A stretch of 64,000 nt of DNA, from contig RDEW01000048.1 in NCBI GenBank assembly GCA_011109175.1, positions 271,445 through 335,444 of the forward strand, given 5' to 3'. Below the pieces are notes generated by a model. It was not told the DNA's origin and made no database searches. It saw nothing but the letters and a program-made list of their open reading frames with translations. The DNA is from Dicyema japonicum (lineage: Eukaryota; Animalia; Dicyemida). The translations under genes were made by a program, and so were the position numbers. Positions 13,291 through 29,479 of this stretch are shown in pieces. Position 1 is the first letter of the stretch; every line of letters begins with the position of its first letter.

Positions 13291-14153
13291 CCGTATTTGC
13301 AGGTGTATAAGTCGACCTTTTTCGATCAAAAATCGACCGCGAATTATACACCGAGTCATGAAATTCAACTTCGTATTCATCGCTTCAAATGTGATGGTAA
13401 TTACTACACTCTTCACAAAAAATTCTTGCAAAAATCAATCTAATTATAGAAATGAATGGTATAAAATGATAACTACGTAAGCATTCAATCATCATATGTC
13501 CAAACGAATGAAATACTTCAAACTGCAAGTTGTAAACTTTGCCGAAGAAACTAACAACTGTGCTGCCTCAAGAAGTTTGGCGTAAATGAGAAACTAGTAA
13601 GCGATTGGAAACGCAATGCAACACAGCTATGCCAAAAAACAAATGTGCTAATAAAAGGAAAAGCTGCCAGTGGCCAGCACTTGAACAAGAACTTGTATGC
13701 TGGGTCGAGGAGCAACGAAAGTGTTGGTTCGTCGTCACACGAAATTCGTCTGCAAGCTTTGGCTTGTGCCAAACAAAGCAAGATTACCAATTTCAAAGAA
13801 ACTATAAGTTGGTGTTCACGATTTTAAAGAGAAATGACCTTGTGCTACGACAAAGTACTAAACTTGCTCAGAAACTGCCTGAAGATTTAGAGGAAAAGAT
13901 AACTCTTAATCCATCGTAATCAAGATGAGAAAAAAGAACAATATGACTAATGAATTAGTGACGATGAAGACGGATTTTGAACTCTATGTAAGCACTTTTA
14001 ATTCTAATTTATTGATCATAACTAAAAATAAATCACTTTCTATGAGTGTTCATTGTTGTTAGTCTCTCTCGGCGCGTAATATCGCAGGGTTACAAAGTAA
14101 ATAGTAGGGGGACGACTTATACAACGAGTCGACTTATACACCTGCAAATACGG
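13291..14153 (+). mobile_element. Non-autonomous pogo (POGK-like) element with perfect TIRs
   Basis: Perfect 26-bp TIR CCGTATTTGCAGGTGTATAAGTCGAC at both ends with TA flanks. BrkDBD-like (FKLQVVNFAEETNNCAA) and CENP-B HTH (WPALEQELVCWVEEQR) remnants. No DDE domain. Confidence 0.9.
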
Positions 14154-14439
14154 TAATTACGACACATCACAGCATTAGCTTTTACTTTGCTTCAATTTTC
14201 CTTTTCACACCACTGCTTAATGACGAAAAACTCAATAATAGGTACTCTCTTCAGTTTAGAATGATTAAAGCTCTTAGAGGAAGTTGATTCTTTCAATTGA
14301 TCCACTGTCATGAAATTTTAGAATGACATGTGAATAATATCTAAGGTTACCCAGAGTATTTTTAAGGGGATTTTTGTACCGTTTGTCTTGAGATCAACTA
14401 TTTGCCTTTTCATTATTTTCTCCAAAGTGAAAAGTGATA

Positions 14440-15400
14440 TTATGGACACCAGAAAACTGTGTTATGCTTATTAGACGTCCAAAAAACTTTCGACTCTGTG
14501 ACGAGGAAAAATCTATCATGGAAAATCTACCAATCAGATATCCCCTAAAACCTGAAACGCTGGCTGACTAACTTCTTTAGCGAAAGGAGAGGTAGAGTGT
14601 GCATTGGAAACATTCATTCTGTCTCCCGTTTATTCCCAAATGGAGTACCTTAAGGTTCTCTGCTATCACCATTCCTATCCAACTTATTTACGGCTGACAT
14701 TCCGACGCTGAATGGAGAAGTCGACCTGCTTCTGGCTTATGCAGACGATATCGTCTTAGCCTCACGGGATCAGAACACCCAAACAGCGACAGAAAGAATA
14801 CAACACCACATAGATCGACTACTCGAGTGGTTTAATGAAAATCGGATGTCAATCAATACCGAAAAATCTGTTACAACTCTCTATACCTCAAACAAAAGAT
14901 TGACGAACAAGACAATAGAAGTTACTGCGGAGAGAAGAGCATTGCCGTTCAGCAAATGGCAAAAAATATTGGATTCGACTTTCGATACGCACATGTACTT
15001 TACGAGACACGTCACTAACGTGCTGAACAAATGTGAGAAAAAAATCAACCTTCTGAAATGCCTAACAGGTCTAAAGAAAATTGGACATCATCCTATACTT
15101 AAAAAATTTTACTCACAGTACATCGAACCATGCATATCATATGCGTGTACTTCATGGAGACCACTGGCATCTTATACGAAGATCCAGAAAATCTCCGCAA
15201 CTCAGAAAAGGGCTTTCAAACTAACTGAGAGATGGTATACAAGGGAAAACATCAATGCACCGACGCCCATGGAGACACTAATCGAAAAAAAACTATTTTT
15301 GTCTCCTGTAGGCAAAGTAAGGATAGCTTGTATCGTTCCAGGTCTTGTCAGAACTAAAGTTTTTTTTATACATAGGATTGAGTCCTCTGGCATTTAGAGT
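14440..15400 (+). mobile_element. Jockey/I-like LINE RT 3' fragment
   Basis: LDVQKTFDSV, PNGVP*GSLLSP, LLAYADDIV and YSQYIEPCISYAC. Confidence 0.85.
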
Positions 15401-15569
15401 GCCAAGAGTGAACTGGTTGGTAGATATCAAAAGTGAGAGGCGTTTCACCTCCTCAACAAAATACCTAGTACTCTAGGAGAATGATCTCATGATAAGTTGA
15501 TTTTACTTAAATTAATCTTAATAATTTTCATTATGTTTTATATAATTTTTAAATATAAAATAATTATTA

Positions 15570-15931
15570 ATGCCTGATGGTTGTTTGTTGTGGTGATGAT
15601 AGATTTTTGGTGTGTCATTTGATTTATCCCAAACTGTGCATATTCGAGTGATTCAAAGAGGTGGAAAGAAGACTACGACATACATACAAGGACTTGATAA
15701 AAAATATAATTATGAAGAGATTGTAAAATTTCTAAAGAAAGTGTCAAATATAATAAATTGTAGAAATTGGCAACAGGTGCTGGCATATTAAATCATGAAA
15801 AGTATGGACTCGTCATGCATTTTCTTGGTAATCACAAAGACCAAATCAAGAAACTCCTTATTGAACATAAGTATGCTAATCCTCAACAGATACAAGTATT
15901 ATTTTATAATATTCAGACTCATGGATTATAA
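15570..15931 (+). CDS. EIF1: Divergent translation initiation factor eIF1/SUI1
   Basis: Spliced: ..FDLSQTVHIRVIQRGGKKTTTYIQGLDKKYNYEEIVKFLKK|KLATGAGILNHEKYGLVMHFLGNHKDQIKKLLIEHKYANPQQIQ|THGL*. Introns 15741-15763 and 15896-15916. The first exon/intron (15580-15602) needs a 1-nt correction in a T run. Confidence 0.8.
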
Positions 15932-16399
15932 TTTTGGTTTCTTTTAATTTATTTTCTTTAAATTATATAAGGTTAAGATTATTTTATTATATCTTTCCTT
16001 CGTAGGCTACTCAATGGGGTCCCATTCAATCAGTCAATCCAAGATATTCAATCCATTCTCCATTCAATCTTAAACTTTAGAAAACACATCATTCCTCGAA
16101 AATACTTTTTTTCCTGGTACAACATCTTCTCTGTATTTGTTTTTACCCCCCAAATAGTATAGTGGACTATATGCATACTAACGATTTTAACCGCTTTACG
16201 TTTGTGATATATATTAAAGTTTCTTAACATTTTATTCATTTGTCCATCAATAAGGCTATCTCTATGCATATTTTTCATTGGGATCATAAGATGACTTTGT
16301 TAACCTGTTTACTGAATGTCATGAGTGGGCACTACGTAATATCTAATAAGTTGACAGTTTGTTGGGGTCATAACCATTAATGGCTAAGGTCCTCTGAGT

Positions 16400-17877
16400 T
16401 TTCTTGTAAGCGGACAGTCGCATCGTGGACAGACTGGTCTCTTAATGTGATGATTACATAATCAGTATATGCGAGAACAATGTATTATTGGTGGTATATC
16501 GTTCATCTAAGGACTTGGAAATGGATTATTAATACCCATACAAAAACCGAACAAATCAAAAGGACCAGTAGAAAATCTCCGCTCGATAATACTTCTGAAT
16601 TCGATACGCAAGGTGCTGGCAAACATTGCACTAAGCCGGATAAAGGGTATGGCGAATCTATACCTACCAGCAAGTCAAAGTGGGTTCCGAGAAGGGAGGT
16701 CTACGGCAGACATTGTATGGAGCCACAGATGGCGCTGCGCAACGCACCAAAGATTCAAGAGCGCAACAACCGTGTTGGGAATAGATCTCTCCAGAGCTTT
16801 CGACTCAATAAACAGACAGAAACTGATGAATGTGCTTGAGCAAATATTGGATGAATCGTCGGTTAGGATAATCAGACTACTACTTGCGAACACAAGACTA
16901 TCTGTGAGGACAGAAGGAGCAACTTCCCGCAGTTTCAAAACAACGATTGGGACACCCCAGGGTGATTCCCTCTCCCCTTTACTATTCACCATATACCTTG
17001 AATCTGCACTCCGCGACCTCCGTAAATGCTATATAGGAGACATAGAAGAGACATCTTATGCGGATGATGTGGATTTTGTATCACGGGATGTGACCGCACT
17101 CCAACACCTGCTAGAAAATGCACCTGCGGAGCTTGAGAAATGGTTTCTCAGCGTAAATGTTAACAAAACTGAAATTACGGAAATCAAAAGAGAAGACGAT
17201 ATTACTCAAGAAAGATGGAGACGTACTAATAAGCTCGGCTCTCTACTAGGAGACGCTGAAGATGTACTGAGGAGGAAAACACTGGCAAATGCGGCAATGG
17301 CTAAACTGAAGAAAGGATGGCTAAGGGCCAAAGGACTTGGAATTGACATCAGATGCAGGCTTTACAACGCGTTTGTGAAACCGATCCTACTGTATAACGC
17401 TGGGACATGGGGAAGTTCCTTCAACGAACTATTGAAACTGGATTCGTTCCATAGAAGGCAACTAAGAAGCTTACTCGGAATGGAGTGGCCACGTAGAATA
17501 TCAACCACTGGTATCTACAAAAGTGTATGTGTACATCAGCAAGGATGTGATAGATGCCCGGTGGAGGCTATTTGGGCATGTACTAAGAATGAACCCGGAC
17601 GCACCCGCTAACAAAGCGATGGAAGATTACTTTGACAGATGCGAAAAACCCTTCCGCGGACGACCTAGATCGACACTTCCGACAGCCCTAAACAAAGACT
17701 TAAATCGTGTGAGAAAAAATTTAAAGACGGGAGACGACCTGGACGAATTGAGATCACTCGCATTCGACAGAGGAAGATGGAAAAGACTAACTATAAATAT
17801 TGTTTCTTTGAGTGTTGCACATGCGGGGCTATAATCATTATGGCTTTCGTGAAAGTGCTTTAATAATAATAATAATA
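16400..17877 (+). mobile_element. RTE-like LINE, 5'-truncated, with intact 3' end
   Basis: RT motifs SGFREGRST, GIDLSRAFD, GTPQGDSLSP and YADD. C-terminal RWRLFGHVLR..RGRPR. (TAA)n tail at 17861-17877. Confidence 0.9.
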
Positions 17878-20203
17878 TCGTTCAGGAAGAGGTCGAACAA
17901 ATATGTGATGGTGAGGATCCTTGCGGGACTCTTTTTGAAGAAAATTAAAGTCAGATTTTGTAGAACGTGCATCTACCTTCCCTCTCCTACCAATAAAGAA
18001 GTTTGTAATCCAAATTTTTGATTTGTTCTGGATTTCTGATACAAAGATCATCCTTTTAAGTTATATCATGTGGTTAAGAATCCTTATGCAAGTCAAAGAA
18101 AATACTAGAGAATTTTGATTGTAAGCATTTCGTGATGATAGGTAATAAGGTGAGTTGTACAATAGGATGGTAAAATTTAATCAGTTCAAGTATGATTTTT
18201 TAGAATTTTGCGATTATACATCAGTCTGAACACTGATAGTCCTTTGGCTTGGGTTTCAAAATGGGTTTTATAGCTTCGTATAACGGAAATGTGTTTTGTT
18301 GATTGAATATTTTAAATTTGAGTTTTGCCCATGATAACATTAAAATACATGTTCAGTACTTTGGTTAGGATTTAATCCGATCTGTTTCAATAGTTGATTT
18401 TTGTTCTTGAATCGCTTCTCACATCCTAAGAGAATAATTGTGGTGGCGTCTTTTTTGGATTTGATGGATGATAAGGTTGGACTTTTAAATTTCTTATGAG
18501 GAATTAAACTCACCAAGTATTTCATTTTATTTCTTAGTTTTTGTTTTGCAGGTTATATAAGAGGACGTTCTCTAAAGACTATAAAGTTACGAAGCGTTTT
18601 CTGCATTTTTAGACGTTCTGTTTGCTCAAGGATGACATAAGCAACGTTTGTTAGACATGCTCAAGGATGACATAAAACAATGTTCTTTAGACACGAACGT
18701 TCGTTATAACTGAGATGGGTCTTATTCCACAGGAGGAAATGGCTATTTGTTCAATTTAAGGAAGATTTCCTTGATTTTTGTTTTTTGTTAGGGAAGCGGG
18801 TATTCTGCGGCCAATCTAAAGAATGCACATATGGCCACGATCGCAGGATTCCTAATACAAAATTATAAGTGGGGTTATTTTTCTGAATTGAGTGTACGAA
18901 AAAAGATTAACAACAAATCATTCAGTATTCTTCAAATGTCTAAAATTGTTGACATTGCGCCATCCTCGATGACTTTCAAAATGAAGTAAAAGAAGGCTGA
19001 GACGATGTATTGTCTCCAATTTTGAAATCTACAATATCTAAATCTTTTTTTTGAAAATAAGGGATGCAAACACGTAAATCAGCAAAGAAAACAGTTGACC
19101 ATCTGTACAAGATGCAGTAGAATGCTGAATAGTGATTATGTACAAAGTCACAATGAGGTGGTTAGATCCCTTTATTTAATTTCTTGTTGATGGGATTAAA
19201 CATTCACAAAAACTATCCAGTAAATAGTTACTAGTAATGTGGAAATTCAAGTTGAGACTATTTATTGATGTTAAACAATTTTTGTTATCGATAAAAGGAA
19301 AATGAAATAACTCTAATAGAGATCGGAATCATTTTTCAGATGTTGAAGATTGTTAAGGTGGAAAACCTCCAAATATAACCTCCGTTCTGGAGAGTTGTCT
19401 CAAATATATAAAGTTTTGATTATTCCGATCATGTTGGGACAGAATTCAAAATTTAATAAGACATATATGGATGTTTCGGGTATATTCTCTCAAAGACATA
19501 TATTCAATCTGTCACAAGAACTTTTGAAAGAAGGTTAGTGAAACATAAGACTGAAATTTAGATTGATGCTTGTGAAGTTATTTACTACCTCCAACGAAAG
19601 TCTTTTGAACGAACAAAGTAAGATCTTGACTGGCTCATAGAACCAAAATGTTTGAGTGAACATCATCTGTACGATAGTGAGAAAAATGTGTAGTGAAAAG
19701 CGTAAGAGATTGGTGAATAATAAAATATAATTAGTTAATTAGACTTATTGATTATTAATGTCCTAATTGTCCTAATTTCTGTTAATTTCCATGTTAATGT
19801 TCATTTACTCTCAAGATTGATTCCAATATTCAGTTCTTCAATAACTTAATGATTTGTACTTTTCCAATTGAAATCGCTTTGAGATATTAAATACTTGTCG
19901 ACAAGTCAATATTTCCTTGTCAACAATTAAAATTATGAATAACCCCATTAGGACTAATATATTGAAAATGCAGAATTAAGTGAACTGGATTCAATAAAAG
20001 TGTGATGATAAAACAAAATATTAAATATGTCAACTGACAATTGTGGGTTACATATTTTAATATTTTTATGTAATTTATAAAACTTAACGAGAAAACCTAT
20101 ATTTTATGTTTGATTATAAAATTTATAATTATTTATATATAAAGTATAGATTAGATTGGTTAACCTATTAATATTATTCATGATGATGTGGTATTGATAA
20201 TCA

Positions 20204-23510
<3,307 letters not shown>

Positions 23511-23785
23511 CTATAACATTCATTTATTAACACATAGAGTTTTGTTCTATTCTTACTTCACATAAGACCCTCTACCCATTTTGTATTATCACAAATTCTG
23601 TTCGGATTACTACAACCGATTAAAAGTTTACTTATATTATTTGGCCGCAAATGGGACTAGAGTGAAAATATTGACAAAGCTGTGTTTGACCTTTTGAGAA
23701 TCATTCTGCCATCACTATATATTATGAAAAAGTCCAGGCGATTCACTATTAAGATTTCTCTCCGTATAGGATCTATAGGATCTAA

Positions 23786-24040
23786 TCCACTGGTTGAAGG
23801 TTCCACGCATCTACGATGCAGAAAGGGTTTGACGAGTGACGCCGTCATCAGTGGATACTCACTGCGGAACTGGATTGTCTAGAAAGGACACTCACACAAG
23901 AAAAAGAAAAAAAGAAGTGAAGATCATTCCTTGGTTCTACGATTAGTTCAAATTAACTGTTCTTTACTTAAATAAAGTGTGTGTAATGCCTATGCGGAGC
24001 TATAAATACTATGGCTCTCGTGAATAGGCTTTATTATTAT
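23786..24040 (+). mobile_element. SINE copy 3, 5'-truncated
   Basis: Same core and tail as the 4100 copy. 10-bp TSD TAGGATCTAA at 23776-23785 and 24041-24050. Confidence 0.9.
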
Positions 24041-24479
24041 TAGGATCTAACGTAAATTTGAATGAAGGACCAAGAGAAACTGAGACCAATGAGGGTGACT
24101 TTGGATGAGAAAATAGCGGCTTACATGTAAAAATCATAATCTGCCTTCATATGTCAGATTACTGAGAAATAACTTGATCATGAGAGACCATTCAATTATA
24201 TGATATCTGAAAAATAACAGATCGATTAATTTAAACAATTTAAAAGAATTGCGAATGTAAGTCAATAAACTTCGAAATAATGGAGTTCCATGGAGACTAT
24301 TTGGACACAACTTGGAATTGACACCGCAAAAAACAAAGCCATGGAAAATCTTGTGTTTGTAAAGAACATGCTTTCGTATACAATGGTCAAGGGTAGCTAT
24401 GTTGGTCGTCCTACAAAACGATTCCATTAGACAACTTTGACTCATTGGGAGTCCCAGCTAACAATAGAGGTGTACGGAA

Positions 24480-25050
24480 AAGATTTACATTCACAATTAT
24501 TTTTTGCGACTTTTTTCAAGCCTTGGAGGAGTTGGCCTAAGATCGGCTTTTGAGATCGCCCATCCGGCATACCCATCGTCGCATTCGAGCTGCATTCATC
24601 CAGTCCGGGAAATCCTACGTCACCCTACTAGACTTTCCTTGGACACAGTATTTGACGAAGCTTGCTTGCAGTGGAAGGAAGCAGGATTTTCAATCCCATA
24701 AGATGCCTCGAATCAGAATAAATGGGACGCAATTTCCTGCAATGTTAACGTTGATCGCTTAAAGCAAGAGTCGAATCAACACCAGCTTGCCTGTTTGCTA
24801 TATGCTGCACAATATGGGAGTGGTGTATGGCTCCCATGCATTTCCATGCGCTTCTTTTGAAACTCTTATGGATGGCAACTGAGTGAGAATCGTAATAGCA
24901 CAACGATTGGACTTGACGTCTACCAGAAACACAGATGCCGTGGAGAAACAGTTGACACCATAGGATTACATCCATTTTCTTGCAAATGGAGTGCAGTTCG
25001 CTCACTTCGTCACACCGCATTGAATAATGTTATTCTGCGGACCCTGTTCG
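24480..25050 (+). mobile_element. CRE-clade (RLE) LINE fragment
   Basis: LGGVGLRSAFEIAHPAY..., G.WL, and a CCHC-like HRCRGETVDTIGLHPFSC...RH..LNNVI segment. Confidence 0.7.
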
Positions 25051-25240
25051 TTGATGACAAGCAATTTTGTGCAATTTCTAAATATAGATTTTTAAAGTAG
25101 AATGCTGATCACAGTGAATGCTTGCTAAATGGAATTTTCCTAAAGAATTTTGTTTTCATACATGTTCTGCAGTGGGCAGTTGAAACAGCCTATCCAATGA
25201 GTGGATGTGTTTATATGTTAATAATTAAGAAGTAAATTTA

Positions 25241-26058
25241 TTATAAAAGCCATTGATAAACCGCATTACTTAAAGACCACGAAAGAGTAGCCCTGAATAG
25301 ATTAGTATTCCATCCAATAAAAATATGATGTTTAATATTATTATAAGCATTAATAATATTAATAAATTTTCCACCAATAGGTCTTTGCATGTGAACTCTG
25401 ATGACATTTAAAGGAAAGAATATAGTACTGAGAATAAGACCTGATAATGCTCCATATATAAAACTAGCCATAACTTTGTGTGAAGATAATGTAATGACAA
25501 ATTCTCTGGGAGAAAGAAAAATACATTACATAATGCATTTCGGAGGGCAAGAGGAGACCAACCTCTGTAAAATTCACAAAAGCCATGAGTGCGACTATTA
25601 TGCAATAAAGATAACTGACCAAAGAAGGAGTGCAGTAGTAAACGTGTTTCTGAGACGGGAATTATATGTTTTATCCTGTAGGAGAACTTGTATTCGTTCA
25701 AATGGGCACATAATAGACTCAATCAATCCAGATGATGTAGCAGCAATTGACTGATTGATAATATGATGATTATTAATATTGTCAAGTTTGTTTAATATAA
25801 CATTGTAACACCCAAACATTATTGTAAGACATATTGTCTTTTGAAATAGAGGAGGTAATAATCCTTTAATATCAATTTAATAATACCTCTATATAGTAGT
25901 AATAATCCATCCTCTTTTATATGTAATAATGCACTAGTTAGCGAATATCCATGCATTTGTTGACGAGATACTATTTTTGCTACTGGATATGTCAACATTA
26001 CTGACACTATTGAACCACCCATTCCACATAAGAAATGATGGTATACACTTTCTTTCAT
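25241..26058 (-). CDS. SLC25A51: Mitochondrial carrier, SLC25A51/MCART1-like (NAD+ carrier family)
   Basis: HFLCG..LTYPVAK..RQQ..G; LYRG|LLPPLFQKT; CPFERIQVLLQD; EFYRG; FFPLNV.R..MQ..IGG; LSWSLSNAVYQWL. Introns 25864-25886 and 25595-25619. One 1-nt frameshift near 25512. Confidence 0.85.
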
Positions 26059-26229
26059 TTTAATTTATTTAATTTATATTTCTTAAATTTATTAATATAA
26101 TAATAAAAAATTCTCTTAAAGCCCCCTCTCCCTTCATTTGTTGGTAATCCTCAATTAATTTAAATTAAAACGTGGAGTCATGTGGTCTACAAGTTATGAA
26201 AGTTATAAAAGTTCTGGAGGCGCTCAGGG

Positions 26230-28760
26230 TGCACTTAATGCACCGCGGAAAAGGACTATTAACTACCTCCTTTCATTGAAGAACAGAACATTGGATTTTA
26301 CTTCAAGAAAGCAGACTTACTCCATCATCACCTACCCCGCATTTTCCAGGATACCACTGCATCCGCCTAGACCGCTCAAACCGTCGTGGTGGGGGTCTCC
26401 TCGTCATTATAAGAGATAACATTCGATTTACGGACACCTCAGCGAAACTACAATCACTAATAAACGATGGGACCACGGAAATATCTGGGATATCAATTAC
26501 AAGTGGATTCGGGACTCTCAACATTACAAACATCTACGTCCCCCCATCTTCTTGCCCTAAAGGATTCTCTCTAAACCTAACCAAGTTAAACATGCTCGAA
26601 AACCTGATATTGTGCGGAGATTTTAATGCTAAACATCCAGCCTGGTTAAAATCACATCCAGCAGACTCAAGAGGATTATCCTTATTAAACCAACTCACCT
26701 CTCTGACTATCCTCAATAACTCCAGGAAGCACACTAGGACTCCTTACAAGGAAAACGAAGCTTCAACGTCCCCAGACATTACCTTCTGTTCCCCAAACCT
26801 TGTACCGGACACATCTTGGACGGTGCATTATGGATTATCTTCCGACCACAATCCAATCATTATTCGAATCAAAAAAGTTCTTTACCACAGAAAAGAGACT
26901 TTCATTTTTCAACTATAAAAAAGCAAACTGGAATGACTATTCAAAATACATCGATCAAGCTCTAGTAAACTTTGCTATATGATATTCCCCTTAATAGATA
27001 AAGCTATTGACTTTCTAAACAAAACTATTCTCATGGCGCGGAGAACATTCATTCCGGGTGGATCATTTAAATTCTACGATGAAAAACTTGATCAGAACAC
27101 CAAGTCATTAATTAAAGAAAGGAATTGAAAAGACATGTACCTTCCTTTCCCGGACAGAAAAATCAAATAAAAACTCTCAATGACGAAATATCTAAAAGGA
27201 TTAAAAAACAGAAGCAAACAGATGGGACAAACTAGTATCTTCCCTTCCATTTCAAAAATCTGCTCAGAAGATATGGAGAGAAATTAAACAACTTGGTCCA
27301 AAAGGAAATTTTAAAAGACAACAGACGGATCAGCACAGTCTTAACAAGCTCATGAAATATTACGCCAATATAAGCCAAAATCCTTTCAGGAAAATGGATG
27401 GGCCTTTTTATCCTCAATAAGACCGAAGAGAACACAACCGATTAACTTTATCTCTCATTCAGATGTCAGTGAGGGTTTGAAGAGGATGAATTCTTCCCTC
27501 TCATGTGGGCCAGATTCTATCCCTGGTATTTTACTAAAACACCTTGGACCTATTTCGATTGATGCAATCACAGTGATTTTCAACTATTCAATAAACGTGA
27601 ATACAATTCCAACTATCTGGAAACTGTCTTATATACGCCCAATCCTTAAGCCTGGCAAGCCTAAAAACAATCCTGCATCATTTCTACCAATCTCTTTACT
27701 ATGCACCTTATCAAAGTTATTGGAAAAATTGATTCTTAACCTTATAACCCCGTTCCCTCTCCTTTTTCGTCCTCACAACATGGATTTAGAAGGGGTCATT
27801 CAACTCCCACCCACCTAACTTCTCTCAACCAATTTATCATGAAGGCTTTAACACAAATCCTCGTCACCTCAAAACAGTCGTCTCGATCGATTTACAAAAG
27901 GCCTTCGACTCTGTCAAGGAAAATCCTATCCCGGAAATTGTTTGTTCTCTCCGTCAACCCTAATATAAAACTTTGGCTTGCTAACTTAATAAATGGAAGA
28001 AGGGCCCGTGTATACATGGATGGGACCAAATCAATTTCAAGATTACTACCCAATGGTGTCCCACAAGGTTCCCATTTATCACCCGCCTTATTTAACTTAT
28101 ACATGTCCGATTTACCGCAACCCGATAATAAAGACGATTTCATCCTATCATATGCTGATGACTTATTAATCAGATCCCGCGACCAAGATATCCCAAAGGC
28201 ATCAGAAAGACTACAAAAATACCTTCACAAGATTCAAAATTGGCTAAATTATAACCGGCTTGATATATCTACTTAAAAATCTTCTTCGTCTTTATTTACC
28301 TCAGACAAACGACTTGGACAAATGACAGTGGATATATTTATCAACCAGACAAAAATACCTTTCACGAAGAAACTGAAAATCTTGGGGATCACCTTCGACA
28401 CACACATGTCTTTTCACCTCACGTCGACGCTGTCTCTGGAAGCTGCTCAAGAAAGCTAATCAAAACTATTTTCGGTGGCATTAAAACCTTTTTCCCAGCT
28501 TTGAAATTGTTGTACAAACAATTCATTGAGCCTTCTGTCAGCTATGCCTGTACGTCATGGGGAATCAATCTGAACAAACAAAGAATCCGGGACATTCAGG
28601 CCTTAACAGCCACTACTATTAATAATCTCGGGAAACTAGAAAAACTAATACCCTCATCACTTGAAGACCTATCCGACAAAATAGAAAAGGATTTGCTACC
28701 CTGTGCAAGCAGTGCAACTCTCAACAATACACAGCCACCACTAGTGAAGATTACAATGTG
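26230..28760 (+). mobile_element. Jockey/I-like LINE ORF2 (APE + RT), degenerate
   Basis: CGDFNAKH, SDHNPI, GPDSIP, GVPQGSHLSP and YADD across frameshifted ORFs. Confidence 0.9.
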
Positions 28761-28789
28761 AAAACTATTCTCCGAAGAATGAAGTGATG

Positions 28790-29090
28790 TCTGCGACTGT
28801 AGGATGTGTGATGACAATGTAAGGGGGTCTACTTCTCCACCTCTCTTTGGAGGAGGAAATTTGTAATGGACTATCTGAGATGGATTTGGTCGGTAAAAGC
28901 AGATTTTCATCCTCAAATGGGGTTGTCCTTATTGGTACTCCTGTGATTCGAGAGATTGTTTTTGTCATATTGGATTCTTATTTGGGATTAGTTCACCATT
29001 CAAAAATATTTCAGTGGAGTAGCTTGATAGCCTTTATTCGACGTAAAAAGAGAGGTAAAGGACTTTTCTGTGGACGTTTAAATTGAATTT
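28790..29090 (+). mobile_element. Probable CRE-clade LINE fragment
   Basis: VVLIGTPV.. segment resembling the post-RT LLGAPI region of CRE elements. Confidence 0.35.
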
Positions 29091-29479
29091 CTTTTCAACC
29101 ATTCATGGAGTCTTTCCAGAGTAGTCTACAATTTGTTCGTAACTGTCGTAACACATAAATCCATGCAACCATATATTATGTCGCGAGCCACAGCAATTAC
29201 CGAGCCACAGACGTTACCATGATAGCTGAAATCAATGTCAATCATTATCAAAATGTACCTTCTTCACAATTTTCTCACTATCTTTAACGTTGACAAAATT
29301 GTTAGACAATTTTGCAAATAGTCCTTCTGAATACGAACCTTTTAAATAATTATAAATTGAATACACTATCTCCAATCTTAAATTCATATTTCGATCGATG
29401 CACTCCCATCTTTTTATTCATCCTTTTATAATAAGGAGAATTCAAGTTTACTCGAGGAAAATCAAATTTGTAATTACCT

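Noticed and set aside
16048-16287. Minus-strand 79-aa ORF convergent with eIF1
   Set aside because: No homology recognised and no consistent splice model.
18000-19700. Possible DNA-transposon debris with a short duplication near 18620-18690
   Set aside because: No diagnostic motif or terminal repeats could be established.
23799-23830. HDV-like ribozyme in the SINE (GGT-TCCACGC-ATC resembles P3/L3)
   Set aside because: No convincing P1, P1.1 GG or distal P2 partner; GTGGAA pairs locally with TTCCAC instead.
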